Assembly: GCA_965215275.1 (NCBI GenBank)
Contig: OZ244044.1
Span: 832,001-896,000, forward strand
Reading direction: 5' to 3'
Source: Thermodesulfobacteriota bacterium
GTDB taxonomy: Bacteria > Desulfobacterota_D > UBA1144 > Nemesobacterales > JAJCZQ01
DNA length: 64,000 bases
In this document: one piece after another, positions 10,823 to 25,490 of the stretch
Numbering within the stretch: position 1 is the stretch's first letter
Layout of the letters: the number at the start of each line of letters is the position of its first letter
Translations under genes and position numbers: made by a program
Notes under the pieces: generated by a model
What the model was told of the DNA's origin: nothing
What the model saw: the letters and a program-made list of their open reading frames with translations, nothing else
Database searches by the model: none

Positions 10823-11830
10823 TTATAACCTTTTATTCTTGATTAAAATGCGGTGGTAAAGATTTTTACCGTTTATCATTGCAGTTGGATTATTGCCAGT
10901 TAAATAAATCCCAGCAGATTCTTTGCTATTTGTTTTTCCCAGTATATCAAACTGGTCAGGATTATATTTATCCAGAAAAGTAATGGGAACACCCATTACC
11001 CCCCCCCCACCATAATCTATTGGGATTTCTTTAACTTTATTTACATTTATTGCATTGTAATTGTCATATTTAGGATATTCTTCAGGAGTATACTTCTTGT
11101 AGAGTATTAAATCCTCGTGGCGTTTAGATATATCAAGATTAGTAAACCAATTAACTCTACCCATACTAAAATATTTCTTACCATTTTCTATCTTCTTTCT
11201 TGACTCTGTTTTTATATCATAATGTTCTTTAACCCCAAACCATTTTGTTCCACCATTATTAACACCTAACCATAATTTATTTTCTTTTATTAACTTAAAT
11301 ATTTCTTTATAAGTTACTGCATTTTGATCCCCTAATATCACAAATTTTTTGTTATATTTTACCAACTGTACGACATATTCCCTGAACAGAGAAAAAGGGG
11401 GATTTGTTACTACAATATCAGCTTGCTTGAGTAATTCTATACACTCTGGACTACGGAAATCTCCATCACCTTTTAAGTAATTTACTTCAACCTCTTCTAT
11501 ATCAGGCTTCCTGTTATTATTCTTATCGCCTGTATATTCAAGGTAAATGCCTTTGTCAGAATTATTCTGACTAAATAAATCTCTTTCCTGGTTTTTATAG
11601 CAAGTGGTAATGAGTTTCTTTAATCCTAAACTTTCAAACTTATAAGAAAAATAATGAAAGAATTGACTGACTGTCGGATCGTCGCAGTTACAGTAAACTA
11701 TCTTATCCTTAAAATGATCTTTGTAATGCTTCAGTTCCGCTTCAACATCTACAAGTTGCGTATAAAACTCATCTTTCTTAGCATTCTTTGCCCTATGTAA
11801 ATTAGCATTCAAACTTTCTGTAGATTTCAT
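10823..11830 (-). CDS. EcoRI-family adenine methyltransferase, copy B (in frame across a G10 tract)
   Basis: KDEFYT, YCNCDDP, GDGDFRS, TNPPFS and GVPITFLDKY. Confidence 0.9.
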   Translation of the reverse strand: MKSTESLNANLHRAKNAKKDEFYTQLVDVEAELKHYKDHFKDKIVYCNCDDPTVSQFFHYFSYKFESLGLKKLITTCYKNQERDLFSQNNSDKGIYLEYTGDKNNNRKPDIEEVEVNYLKGDGDFRSPECIELLKQADIVVTNPPFSLFREYVVQLVKYNKKFVILGDQNAVTYKEIFKLIKENKLWLGVNNGGTKWFGVKEHYDIKTESRKKIENGKKYFSMGRVNWFTNLDISKRHEDLILYKKYTPEEYPKYDNYNAINVNKVKEIPIDYGGGGVMGVPITFLDKYNPDQFDILGKTNSKESAGIYLTGNNPTAMINGKNLYHRILIKNKRL

Positions 11831-11833
11831 TAT

Positions 11834-12864
11834 TTATACCTTTTTATTTCTAATTAAAATCCTAAAATATGGACACTTCCCTTTAATTGACAAATCTTTT
11901 TCATCATTCCCTTTTCTAAACTTTATTATCTCAAACTGCTCTGGATTATATTTGTCCAAAAAACTGATAGGAACACCGACCCCCCCCCATAATTTTTCGG
12001 AATTTCTTTTATTTTATCCACATTTATAGCATCATAGTTATCATAAGCAGGATATTTCTCAGGGTCATATTTTTCATAAAGAATTAAATCCTCATACCTC
12101 TTGCTATGTTCTAAATTAGTAAACCAAACACCAGATGATCTGCCTTTAACGCTACCATCTATTATTCTATATCCACTACCTTCTTTTTTGGTTGCAACTA
12201 ATTCTTCTGCATATTCTTTAGGAATATCAAATAACATATCGGTTCCCATAGACTTATACCCTAACCACAACTTATTTTCCTTAATTAAAGAAAATATCTC
12301 CTTATAAGTTATAGCGTTCATATTACCAATAATGATAAATTTCTTATTATACTCAATCAACTGTGCAACATATTCCCTGAATAGAGAAAAGGGAGGATTA
12401 GTTACTACAATATCGGCTTGCTTGAGTAATTCTATACACTCTGGACTACGGAAATCACCATCACCTTTTAAATAATTTACTTCAACCTCTTCTATATCAG
12501 GTTTCCTGTTATTATTCTTATCGCCTGTGTATTCAAGATAAATGCCTTTGTCAGAATTATTCTGACTAAATAAATCTCTTTCCTGGTTTTTATAGCAAGT
12601 GGTAATGAGTTTCTTTAATCCTAAACTTTCAAACTTATAAGAAAAATAATGAAAGAATTTACTGACTGTCGGATCGTCGCAGTTACAGTAAACTATCTTG
12701 TTTTTGAAATGCTCTTCATAGTGTCGTAACTCTTCCTCAATATATTCAAGCCGAGTATAAAACTCATCTTTCTTTTCCTTTTTTGCTTTATGCAAATGGA
12801 TATTTGATTGTTTTGTAGACTTCACCGCTATGACTCGTTGAATTAGGTTTTTGTAAAGTAACAT
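11834..12864 (-). CDS. EcoRI-family adenine methyltransferase, copy A, frameshifted at G9 (11980-11988)
   Basis: Same motifs as copy B; the C-terminal GVPISFLDKYNPEQF..RILIRNKKV lies in another frame that G10 would restore; start uncertain. Confidence 0.85.
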
Positions 12865-12879
12865 TCTTATGTTGAATGT

Positions 12880-12965
12880 TCAAAATCCACTGTGTCATTT
12901 AGATTCCATAAAATTTACAAATTCCTTTGCTGAATGGTTTATAGTTCCATGCTGAAAATCTTTAC
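12880..12965 (-). pseudogene. IS1595-family transposase remnant
   Basis: Translates FQHGTINHSAKEFVNFM, resembling the H..VNHS..EYV motif. Confidence 0.65.
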
Positions 12966-13131
12966 CACGTAGAAACCTTGACATTCTCTCAGACGTCAAA
13001 TGTTCAATGGTAACGTGAACTGCTAACAGATGAGTACCGGTTCAAGTGAGGTGAGCATCACTTGTAGAGGTGATATTCAGAGATAGTATAAGAAAAAAGA
13101 GTAGCTATAAAAAAGCGGATGATGGAGTGGC

Positions 13132-16941
<3,810 letters not shown>

Positions 16942-16964
16942 TCATCGAAGATCGTCGTCAGGTC

Positions 16965-17522
16965 CTAAGAGACTTTCGGAATGGTTATCCCTTTCTGCCC
17001 CTGATACTTTCCCTTCTTGTCCGCGTAAGAAGTTTCACACTCCTGGTCCGACTCAAAGAACAAGACCTGTGCTATGCCTTCGTTGGCATATATCTTGGCC
17101 GGGATCGGAGTGGTATTTGATATTTCAAGGGTCACAAACCCCTCCCATTCAGGCTCGAACGGCGTGACGTTCACGATGATCCCGCACCGTGCGTACGTTG
17201 ACTTACCGACACAGACGGTGATCGTGCTTCTCGGGATCCTGAAATACTCCACGGTCCTTGCAAGAGCGAAAGAGTTCGGAGGCACTATACAGCAGTCATC
17301 TTCGATCTCGACAAAGGATTTTTCATCAAAGTTCTTAGGGTCCACCATTGAATTGAACACGTTCGTAAAAACCTTGAACTCATTGCTTACCCTTATGTCA
17401 TAGCCATAGGAGGACAGTCCGTAGGAGATCACGCCTTTGCTTATCTGACCTTCAACGAATGGCTCTATCATCTTGTGCTCCTTTGCCATTTTACGTATCC
17501 AGTGGTCGGGTTTAATGCTCAT
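16965..17522 (-). CDS. dcd: dCTP deaminase
   Basis: [25 protein letters not shown]. Confidence 0.95.
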   Translation of the reverse strand: MSIKPDHWIRKMAKEHKMIEPFVEGQISKGVISYGLSSYGYDIRVSNEFKVFTNVFNSMVDPKNFDEKSFVEIEDDCCIVPPNSFALARTVEYFRIPRSTITVCVGKSTYARCGIIVNVTPFEPEWEGFVTLEISNTTPIPAKIYANEGIAQVLFFESDQECETSYADKKGKYQGQKGITIPKVS

Positions 17523-17632
17523 GATATCAGTTCCTCATAAAAACTCGTTTTTACGTTCGCTGACCTCTGCTCAGAGGGTCAGAAAGAACGATCATATTGT
17601 AACCAGATCCGAGTTAAATTCCAAATTAACTT

Positions 17633-18676
17633 TTAAGTGTAACTGCCGACGACCTTGTCAATGGACGCTTTGCTGTTTTCCACTTCTTTATAAAAGTTCA
17701 TCAGGTCTATGGCCTTTAAGGTATTCTGCTCATTAAGGTTCGTGTACTTCCTTCTGTCCAGCTTGAAATACTTCTCCTCATACGCATCAGTAACGTACCT
17801 GGCGGACAGCTTAAGGGTCACGACTTTAATACCGTCGTTAATTGCAAGCTTTTCATCATCCGTTAAAAACTTTGCAGTCGATACATACCCTCTGATTATG
17901 GTCCTGAACAACTTGAGGTCGAAAGACATCACACCACCTCTGGATACCATGCACCAGCTTCTCACCATGTCGCCTATGTCATGAACGATCTTGTTCTTCC
18001 CCATTGTATCCAGATCAAGAAGACACAATGCCCTGTGGCAGGTCTCCTCAAACCGTATGTTACTGGCTTTCAGATCACCGTGTATCACCCGGTCGGGAAG
18101 TTCCCTTATCGTCTTTTCCACTTTTTTATATTTGTCCACAATACTCTCGGTCAGCCTGTTCAGCAGTTCGTGCTTGGCGGACACCTTGTTCTTTTTATTG
18201 ACCTTCTCAAGCTGTGCAATTACCTCTCTGGTCCTGTGAACCCTTGGAAGGCTGAACTTGAAATCATAATCCAGTTCTGTAAGAAGATAGTGGAACCTGC
18301 CTATCATAGAGGCGGCCTCATAGGCCTGTTTTGGGTCAAAGCTCTCAAGGGACCTGCCGGGTATATAGGTAAACACCCTCCATATCTCGTCCCCTTCTTC
18401 ATAACCGGACCTTCCATTTTTTGCAGGCAGCAGTTTAGGGGTGAGCTGATCCTTCCCTTCAAGGAATTCCGTAACTTTTTCAATATCTTCAAGAAGTTCA
18501 AAAGGGAACTCGTTATGGAGCCTTTGAACTATGTACCTGTCGTTATTGGTGCGGACCAGATACGTATCGTTGATCAGTCCTTCGTCAATACATTCGACCA
18601 TGGCGAGGTCCTCAAGGCCGAAGTTCTTACAGATCGATGCAAGGCGGTTTTTAGTATTCAGGTCAGCTTGTCTCAT
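17633..18676 (-). CDS. Aminoglycoside phosphotransferase/hexosamine kinase-like protein
   Basis: GLINDTY, IHGDLK..N, DLDT. Confidence 0.8.
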   Translation of the reverse strand: MRQADLNTKNRLASICKNFGLEDLAMVECIDEGLINDTYLVRTNNDRYIVQRLHNEFPFELLEDIEKVTEFLEGKDQLTPKLLPAKNGRSGYEEGDEIWRVFTYIPGRSLESFDPKQAYEAASMIGRFHYLLTELDYDFKFSLPRVHRTREVIAQLEKVNKKNKVSAKHELLNRLTESIVDKYKKVEKTIRELPDRVIHGDLKASNIRFEETCHRALCLLDLDTMGKNKIVHDIGDMVRSWCMVSRGGVMSFDLKLFRTIIRGYVSTAKFLTDDEKLAINDGIKVVTLKLSARYVTDAYEEKYFKLDRRKYTNLNEQNTLKAIDLMNFYKEVENSKASIDKVVGSYT

Positions 18677-18780
18677 CAGAGTCCGGATCGTTGATCATTT
18701 ATTAAATGTATCAGTATAGCACATATTTCTGTAAATGTCAGACAGGAGCGGGAATGTGGTATACTTGGACCTGTCCTGAT

Positions 18781-19398
18781 ATGCCTGAAAATATTTCATA
18801 CCTAGTTCCCTCTGAGACCGTAAGGGCCGAGCAGACGATCAGAAAAAGCAGATTTATAGCGACCGTCGGCCGGGTAAGTACGAAAAAAGAAGCGGAAAGG
18901 TTCATTGACGGCGTTCGCAAGGAATATCCCGATGCTTCACATAACTGCTATGCTTTCATAGTGGGAGACCCTCACGGCTCGGCGGACATAGGGATGGGAG
19001 ATGATGGAGAAGTGCCGGGTACCGCGGCAAAACCGATGATGAACGTCCTGAGGCACAGGAACCTGGGAAACACGGCAGCCGTGGTAACAAGGTACTTCGG
19101 TAAGATAAAGCTCGGTCACGGGGGACTGATAAGGGCTTACACCGGTTCCCTGCAGTTTGCCCTGGATAAGGTCCGGCTTGAAAAAAGAGTCCCTGAGCTC
19201 TCAATAACCATTTCTATAAGCTACGCATATGAAAGCTCCGTAAGGACGGTGCTGAAAAAAATGAACGCTGTCATATCCGAGGTAGCATACGGAGACGACC
19301 TCCTGCTGCACGTAAAGGTCCGGGAACAAAGCTTCCCTGAGATCCAAGAGCAGATCATGAACCTGACGCACGGACGGGCAAAGATCAGAATAAGCTGA
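18781..19398 (+). CDS. yigZ: YigZ/IMPACT family protein
   Basis: KSRFIA, DASHNCYA, DDGEVPGTA, VTRYFG.IKLG.GGL.RAY. Confidence 0.9.
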   Translation: MPENISYLVPSETVRAEQTIRKSRFIATVGRVSTKKEAERFIDGVRKEYPDASHNCYAFIVGDPHGSADIGMGDDGEVPGTAAKPMMNVLRHRNLGNTAAVVTRYFGKIKLGHGGLIRAYTGSLQFALDKVRLEKRVPELSITISISYAYESSVRTVLKKMNAVISEVAYGDDLLLHVKVREQSFPEIQEQIMNLTHGRAKIRIS

Positions 19399-19453
19399 AA
19401 ATAATTTGAGATCAGCCCCATCAAAGACTTGACAACATTTTATGCATAATTAT

Positions 19454-19474
19454 AATTGATAAAAATTCTCAATT
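19454..19474. promoter_or_regulatory. Fur/Zur-box-like inverted repeat
   Basis: aattgataaaaattctcaatt just upstream of a Fur-family gene. Confidence 0.55.
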
Positions 19475-19490
19475 AGGAACCGTTATAACA

Positions 19491-19937
19491 ATGACAGAAT
19501 TTCCATGTGCAAGGGAGCAGAGGGCAAAGGCGCTTTTAAAGGAAAAAGGGCTGAAGTCCACTCCTCAGAGACTTGCAGTTCTGCACGTTCTGCACGAGAG
19601 CACCGGTTATCTGTCCATAAACGATATACTGGAAAAGACAAAGCACTTAACCCCCAGGACCGGACTTGCAACGATATACAGAACGCTTGATATTTTCGTT
19701 GAGATAGGCCTTGCGACCCGGGTTCATTTTCAAAGCGGTTCGAGTTTCTACGTTCATTCGGACCATACACATAACCATCAGATCATATGCACGATATGCA
19801 ACAAGACAATGGACTTTTCTGAATGTCCGTTCGAGGACTACCTTGAGGACCTGTCGTCCAGGAACGGGTTTAAAATGCATAAACATCTTTTTCAGATATA
19901 TGGAGAATGTAACGACTGCGTCGGGGACCAGTGCTGA
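19491..19937 (+). CDS. Fur family regulator, probably Zur
   Basis: TPQR, GLATIYRTL, HNHQIICTIC and CNDC; heads the zinc uptake cluster. Confidence 0.9.
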   Translation: MTEFPCAREQRAKALLKEKGLKSTPQRLAVLHVLHESTGYLSINDILEKTKHLTPRTGLATIYRTLDIFVEIGLATRVHFQSGSSFYVHSDHTHNHQIICTICNKTMDFSECPFEDYLEDLSSRNGFKMHKHLFQIYGECNDCVGDQC

Positions 19938-20698
19938 ACATGAGCGAAATTTTCATAACATCTTCCAGAGAGCTGTATATAATGGGGAGCGTGCTGATAG
20001 TGAGCCTTGCCTCCGTCATCATGATACTCACGCTGTTTGCAAAAGAGAGTAAAAGTTACAACACCATTGTGATCTTAATGGTAAGTCTCGCGGTGGGCGG
20101 AATACTCGGAGAGATATTCATCCATATACTGCCGGAGTCCATGGCTGAACAAGGTACACTTAAGACCGCCGTACTGGTCCTGTTCGGTATTATATCCTTT
20201 TTCGTTCTTGAAAAGTGCTTCCTCTGGAGAAATATGAAAAACAGGACCAAAGTAAAAACGGTTGGACAGATGAGCCTGCTCGCCGACAGTATGTGTAACT
20301 TTATGGACGGGTTTATCATAGGTTCCGCCTACCTGGTCAGTATACCTCTCGGGATCGCCACGACGGTTGCCATCTGTATGCATGAACTCCCTCTTGAAAT
20401 AGGTGAGTTCTTTATCCTTATTAAATCCGGTTTTTCCAAAACACAGGCAATACTGTTCAATCTCGCTTCTGCCTCTACCGCCGTACTGGGTGCCTTTACG
20501 GCAATGTACATCGGACTCAGTCTGAACAAGGCCTCAGATCTGATATTCGCCTTTGTCGCGGGAGCGTACATATACATAGTTGTGTTCGGACTGCTCCCTT
20601 TACTGAAAAACGAATTGAGATTCTCCCGCGTTACCGTGCACTTTCTGGCAATGTGTACCGGTATCGGCATCATGTTCTTAATACAGGAGTTTAAGTAA
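19931..20698 (+). CDS. ZIP family metal transporter
   Basis: HILPE, NFMDG and HELPLEIGEF; several hydrophobic segments. Confidence 0.85.
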   Translation: MLNMSEIFITSSRELYIMGSVLIVSLASVIMILTLFAKESKSYNTIVILMVSLAVGGILGEIFIHILPESMAEQGTLKTAVLVLFGIISFFVLEKCFLWRNMKNRTKVKTVGQMSLLADSMCNFMDGFIIGSAYLVSIPLGIATTVAICMHELPLEIGEFFILIKSGFSKTQAILFNLASASTAVLGAFTAMYIGLSLNKASDLIFAFVAGAYIYIVVFGLLPLLKNELRFSRVTVHFLAMCTGIGIMFLIQEFK

Positions 20699-20701
20699 GT
20701 T

Positions 20702-21007
20702 ATGATAAGGATATTTTTACCCGTACTGGTCACGGTCTTCATTTTTGCCCAAGGTATCCATACCCACGGCCTTTTTCATACTGACAACCAGGAAGTCCAT
20801 ACGTATATAATTACCCAGGACGGTCATGAGCAGGAGCACAGGTTATGCCTGAGCTGCTTATCGAGCGTCCACAGAATCCCTGATAACAGGTCTTCTGAAC
20901 TGCTGCCCGGGAATTTTACTCATTTAAGATACAGTCCAGGGGACTTTATCTGTAACGGCTCCCTTATTTACCAGAATACTGCAACCCGTGCACCTCCGAT
21001 GGTTTAG
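20702..21007 (+). CDS. DUF2946-like peptide with CxxC and C-terminal RAPP
   Basis: Hydrophobic N-terminus, His residues, CLSC, ends TRAPPMV. Confidence 0.65.
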   Translation: MIRIFLPVLVTVFIFAQGIHTHGLFHTDNQEVHTYIITQDGHEQEHRLCLSCLSSVHRIPDNRSSELLPGNFTHLRYSPGDFICNGSLIYQNTATRAPPMV

Positions 21008-21050
21008 TTTTTAGAAAAAAACGATTTACTGATTTTTTTAAAACTAAATC
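21001..21050 (+). promoter_or_regulatory. Long AT-rich hairpin between the RAPP ORF and the receptor ribosome-binding site
   Basis: tttagtttt at 21003 pairs with aaaactaaa at 21040. Confidence 0.5.
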
Positions 21051-21067
21051 TTTACCTGGAGGTAAGA

Positions 21068-22540
21068 ATGTCAATACGAAACTTTTTTCCGTATTTTCTG
21101 ATATTTAATTTACTACTGATCCCCCTCTGTGCTCCCTACTCTTTCGCGGGCACTGGCACGATAGAAGCATTAAAGAACCGGCTGGCAGAGATGGAAACAG
21201 AGATGATCATGATGAAGAGAAAAATTGCTGAACTGGAATTCAGCAACAAAAGACTGGAGAGGCAAAGCAAAGGGGTCACGGCAGATACGCAGGTCTTACC
21301 AGAAGACGTGTACACAGGAACGGTACAGCAGCCCGTCGGGCAGACCTTTCTTGGAAGGGCCTTTCAGACCTTAAATCCAGATATAAGCGTTATAGGACTT
21401 TTTGCCGGTGCTTGGTATTCAGAGGATGAACCACAGGTACTTGCGGAAGGAGACCCGGAAAACACGGGATTTAACGTGCAGGAGGTCGAGTTAGGGTTTC
21501 AGTCCGTAGTTGACCCTTATTTCAAATTCGACAGTTTCATTGGCTTTGGCGAGCACGTTGAGCTGGAAGAGGCATATGCCACAACGATCATGTCCCTGCC
21601 CCTGAACTCACAGTTCAGGACCGGGGTAATGAGAAGCAAGTTCGGCAGGATCAACCAGCAGCACCGTCATAACCAGAGTTTTGTCACTCTGCCACTTCCA
21701 GCCGCGGAGTTCCTTGGAGCACATTTCAACCCGGCATCAGTGGAAGCTAATTTTCTGCTCCCTGTTCCCTGGTACATGGAACTCAGTGCCTCCATGGGCA
21801 GCCCGGAAGTCGAAACGGCCTCTTTCGACCGTGATGAAGACGCGAACAGCTTCAGCAAGTTCCTTTACACTTCATACCTCTCTAATTTCTTTGAAATTGG
21901 AGAATCCTTAAGTGTTTTGATCGGTGGCTCGTTTGCTACCGGACCTAATAACACGGAACCCGGGAACGGGAACAGGACCAATCTGTACGGCGTGGATTTC
22001 TTTGCCAAGTACAGGCCGATAAAATCCGACCCGTATAAGGAACTGCGACTTCAGTCCGAGTTCTTTTACAGAGATGCCGAAACAGAAGGAACTGACAGGC
22101 AGGACTGGGGTTTTTACGCAGAGACGGTTTACAGGTTCGCAAAAAGATGGGATATCGGTGCAAGATATGCACTCACCGATACCGACGATCCGGTAATGAT
22201 GGAAGAAGAGCACGAGGAGCACGAGGAAGAACATGAAGAAGGACATGAGGAAGAAGAGCACGAGGAAGGAGAGCATAACCATAACAATGGTGGAGATGGA
22301 GGACACATGCACATGCACGCCGATGAAGATATGCACGACGGTCACGATCACGGAACGGGAATACTCGGACTTTTTGGAAAGCGTCAGAAGATCTCCACAA
22401 TGCTGACGTTCACTCCCACGGAGTTTTCAAAGATAAGGCTTGAGTATAACTATCTGGACCCGGATTTCGATGAAGAGCAGCATGGCGTATTCCTTCAGTT
22501 CCAGTATGCAATAGGTGCACACGGTGCACATCCGTTTTAA
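21068..22540 (+). CDS. Putative zinc-regulated outer-membrane receptor/porin with His/Glu-rich loop
   Basis: Signal peptide, NPDIS, VDPY, FGRINQQH.H, C-terminal IGAHGAHPF. Confidence 0.75.
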   Translation: MSIRNFFPYFLIFNLLLIPLCAPYSFAGTGTIEALKNRLAEMETEMIMMKRKIAELEFSNKRLERQSKGVTADTQVLPEDVYTGTVQQPVGQTFLGRAFQTLNPDISVIGLFAGAWYSEDEPQVLAEGDPENTGFNVQEVELGFQSVVDPYFKFDSFIGFGEHVELEEAYATTIMSLPLNSQFRTGVMRSKFGRINQQHRHNQSFVTLPLPAAEFLGAHFNPASVEANFLLPVPWYMELSASMGSPEVETASFDRDEDANSFSKFLYTSYLSNFFEIGESLSVLIGGSFATGPNNTEPGNGNRTNLYGVDFFAKYRPIKSDPYKELRLQSEFFYRDAETEGTDRQDWGFYAETVYRFAKRWDIGARYALTDTDDPVMMEEEHEEHEEEHEEGHEEEEHEEGEHNHNNGGDGGHMHMHADEDMHDGHDHGTGILGLFGKRQKISTMLTFTPTEFSKIRLEYNYLDPDFDEEQHGVFLQFQYAIGAHGAHPF

Positions 22541-22556
22541 TAAAATTTAAACAGAG

Positions 22557-23498
22557 GTGAATAACATGAAAACAATTCAGCTTAAATTAATAACAACCAT
22601 ATTAACCATAGGGATCTTTATATCCGCCTTTGGAAACTCGGCTTTTGCAACCATAAAAGTCGTGGCGTCCGTCCCTGACCTCGCTTCGATCGCCAAGGAG
22701 ATAGGGGGAGACAAAGTGAGCGTAAAGAGCATTGCAAAAGGTTATCAGAACCCTCACTACGTTGATGCAAAACCAAGTTACATTCTGGACCTCAACAAGG
22801 CGGACCTGCTGATCTACATGGGACTTGATCTTGAGGTCGGATGGCTTCCCATTCTGGTAACAGGGGCAAGGAACTCGAAGATCAGCTCATCCAATTCAAA
22901 CGGTAACTTTGACACTTCCACCCTTATACCCGTAAAGCTGGACGTTCCAAAGGTCAGGATCGACAGATCGATGGGAGACATACACCCGGGGGGAAATCCA
23001 CACTTTATGCTGGATCCCAGATACGCGATCACAGTGGCCAGGGGTATTGCCGACAGGCTCTCATGGATAGACCCTGAAAACAGTGCGATTTATCGATCAA
23101 ACTGGGTTAATTTCACGAACAGAATGGAAACCAAGATCAAAGAATGGAGATACATGCTCGCTCCTTACCAGGGAACAAAGGTCCTTACCTATCATAAGAC
23201 ATGGACGTACTTTATAGACTGGGCAGGACTTCAGGAAGCCGGGACCATAGAACAAAAACCCGGTATAGCTCCCTCTCCCAAGCACTTGGCATACATAATA
23301 AAACTGGCCAGGTCGTCGGACATAAAGCTGGTGATAAGTTCCTTATATGATCCTAAAAGATCCTCAAAGATCGTTGCGGATAAAGTCGGTATACCATTTA
23401 TACCTCTTCCTTCGCAGGTCGGAGCGGAAAAGAACATAACGGTCTACACGGAACTTATAGACTCCATAGTAAGCAGGCTGATCTCTGCTCTGAAATAA
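22557..23498 (+). CDS. znuA: Metal (Zn) ABC transporter substrate-binding protein
   Basis: NPHY, GNPHFMLDP, YHKTW.YF. Confidence 0.85.
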   Translation: MNNMKTIQLKLITTILTIGIFISAFGNSAFATIKVVASVPDLASIAKEIGGDKVSVKSIAKGYQNPHYVDAKPSYILDLNKADLLIYMGLDLEVGWLPILVTGARNSKISSSNSNGNFDTSTLIPVKLDVPKVRIDRSMGDIHPGGNPHFMLDPRYAITVARGIADRLSWIDPENSAIYRSNWVNFTNRMETKIKEWRYMLAPYQGTKVLTYHKTWTYFIDWAGLQEAGTIEQKPGIAPSPKHLAYIIKLARSSDIKLVISSLYDPKRSSKIVADKVGIPFIPLPSQVGAEKNITVYTELIDSIVSRLISALK

Positions 23499-23621
23499 AA
23501 ATGGAAAGGCACTGTAAACAGAGATCCGAAAGACGATATTGAAAGAGGATAGTGATATGATCAGATCATTCATACTCTGTGCTTTCTGCATGGTCGACCT
23601 GTACATTGAGCATGGTTTATA

Positions 23622-24347
23622 ATGAGCGGGCTCATCAAACTTGAGAACGTATCCATAGGTTTTAACAACGTACCGATAATAGGCGGGATCAACCTCTCTG
23701 TCAGCAGCGGGGATTCGTGGGGGATCATCGGACCCAATGGAGGGGGAAAAACGACACTTCTTAAAACTCTGATCGGCTTTATAAAGCCGGTCAAGGGAAC
23801 CTGCTCGGCCTTAAGCAGTATAAGGTTCGGGTACGTTCCTCAGAAAGAAGAGTTCGACAGTATTTTTCCCCTCTCGGTCAGGGAGTTCATCGCAATGGGC
23901 AGGTACTCACGTGTTCCGTTCGGAAAAATGATAACAAGGCAGGACTGGAAAAAAATAGACGAAGCTATTGACCGGACGGGGGTCTCGCACCTGAAAAAGA
24001 ACATATTCTCCTCCCTTTCCGGAGGTGAATCGCGGCGAGTGCTTATCGCTCGTGCCATAGCAGGCGAGCCCGACGTGCTCGTTCTTGACGAACCCACAGC
24101 ATCGACCGACGGCAAAGGACAGCATCAGATCATGGACCTGATAGAAGATATAAAAAAGAAAAGCAACCTTACGGTGATCATGGTAAACCACCATACCGAA
24201 TCCATCAAGAACCTCGCTCATAAGTTCCTGTTCGTAAACAAGGATGAGAACCTCGTCAGACAATACAGCAGGGATGATCTTCTCAAAGGCAGTACCTTTG
24301 AGGATCTGATGCATGATCAGTCAGACCATGGAGCGATACGAACATGA
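23622..24347 (+). CDS. znuC: Metal ABC transporter ATPase
   Basis: GPNGGGKTT, GYVPQ, LSGGE, LDEP. Confidence 0.85.
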   Translation: MSGLIKLENVSIGFNNVPIIGGINLSVSSGDSWGIIGPNGGGKTTLLKTLIGFIKPVKGTCSALSSIRFGYVPQKEEFDSIFPLSVREFIAMGRYSRVPFGKMITRQDWKKIDEAIDRTGVSHLKKNIFSSLSGGESRRVLIARAIAGEPDVLVLDEPTASTDGKGQHQIMDLIEDIKKKSNLTVIMVNHHTESIKNLAHKFLFVNKDENLVRQYSRDDLLKGSTFEDLMHDQSDHGAIRT

Positions 24348-24448
24348 CAGAACACGTTGGGCAAAAAACATCGTACATATGCGTGCTGCCTGTCGGGAAC
24401 ATGCCTTCATCACTTCATCATGCACGGTAAAAGAGCGCGGGGTGTCCT

Positions 24449-25297
24449 ATGTCGATATTAGCTGAATTCTTTAGCAGTTATTTTCTCTGGCGTGACCCGG
24501 TGATGGTCGCCGCGGTCTCAGGACTGATATGCGGACTGCTTGGCGTTTACGTGGTCTTAAGGCGCATTGTGTTCATAAGTGCCGCACTGGCACAGATATC
24601 CGGTTTCGGGGTAGTACTTATGTTCTTCCTTCAGTCGCTGCTTATCAGTGACCTGACGACTTTCCTGGACCCGTTCATATTCTCCGTGCTTATCACGGTC
24701 CTCTCGGCGATTTTCTTCTCCCTGCAAAGGGATTTTCATCCGGTGTCAATAGAGGGTATCACGGGATTTGTGTTCCTTATATCTTCATCTCTGATAATCG
24801 TTCTCTCGGATAAAATAGTTCACGACAGCCATGAGATCAACGGCATTATTTTTGGAAATGCAGTTGCGGTTTACCCGATGGAGGTCCTGGTGATACTCGG
24901 ACTATCCACCCTGTCACTTATCATAAACGTTGTTTTCTACAAGGATTTCATGTTCATCTCATACGACCCTGAAACGGCAAGGTTGTACAAGTATCCGGTC
25001 AGGATCATCAATCTGCTTTTCTTTACCATGCTTGCGGTCATCATCACGGTCACGACAAAAGCACTGGGTTCGCTTACCGTGTTCTCCCTGCTCGTACTGC
25101 CCGGGCTCTCGGCACTTTACTTAAGCAGGAACATCAAAACCATCTTACTTATTTCCTCGGTCCTCGGGATGCTTTCAGGAGTGCTCGGATACTTCTTTTC
25201 CTTTGTTCTTTCCCTGCCCACAGGAGCCACTATAACCCTTACGGCATCGATCATCTTCATCATTTCTCTGATCAGGAACAAGATCAACGGATGCTGA
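24449..25297 (+). CDS. znuB: Metal ABC transporter permease
   Basis: GLLGVYVVLRR..F...A; ABC-3 permease pattern. Confidence 0.85.
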   Translation: MSILAEFFSSYFLWRDPVMVAAVSGLICGLLGVYVVLRRIVFISAALAQISGFGVVLMFFLQSLLISDLTTFLDPFIFSVLITVLSAIFFSLQRDFHPVSIEGITGFVFLISSSLIIVLSDKIVHDSHEINGIIFGNAVAVYPMEVLVILGLSTLSLIINVVFYKDFMFISYDPETARLYKYPVRIINLLFFTMLAVIITVTTKALGSLTVFSLLVLPGLSALYLSRNIKTILLISSVLGMLSGVLGYFFSFVLSLPTGATITLTASIIFIISLIRNKINGC

Positions 25298-25490
25298 AAA
25301 TAACAGATTGACTGAAGGTTTTGAGGTATTTCCCGGACTGATAAATCAGATATTATCAGATAACCTGACATCATCTCTATTGACATTACCGCTCATTTTG
25401 ATGAAAATCATATGAAGTTTTCGTCAAGATGGATAACCATTTCTGATGGACCTGATCGGCTGTAGAAATTAACATTGGGAACTTATAAAG

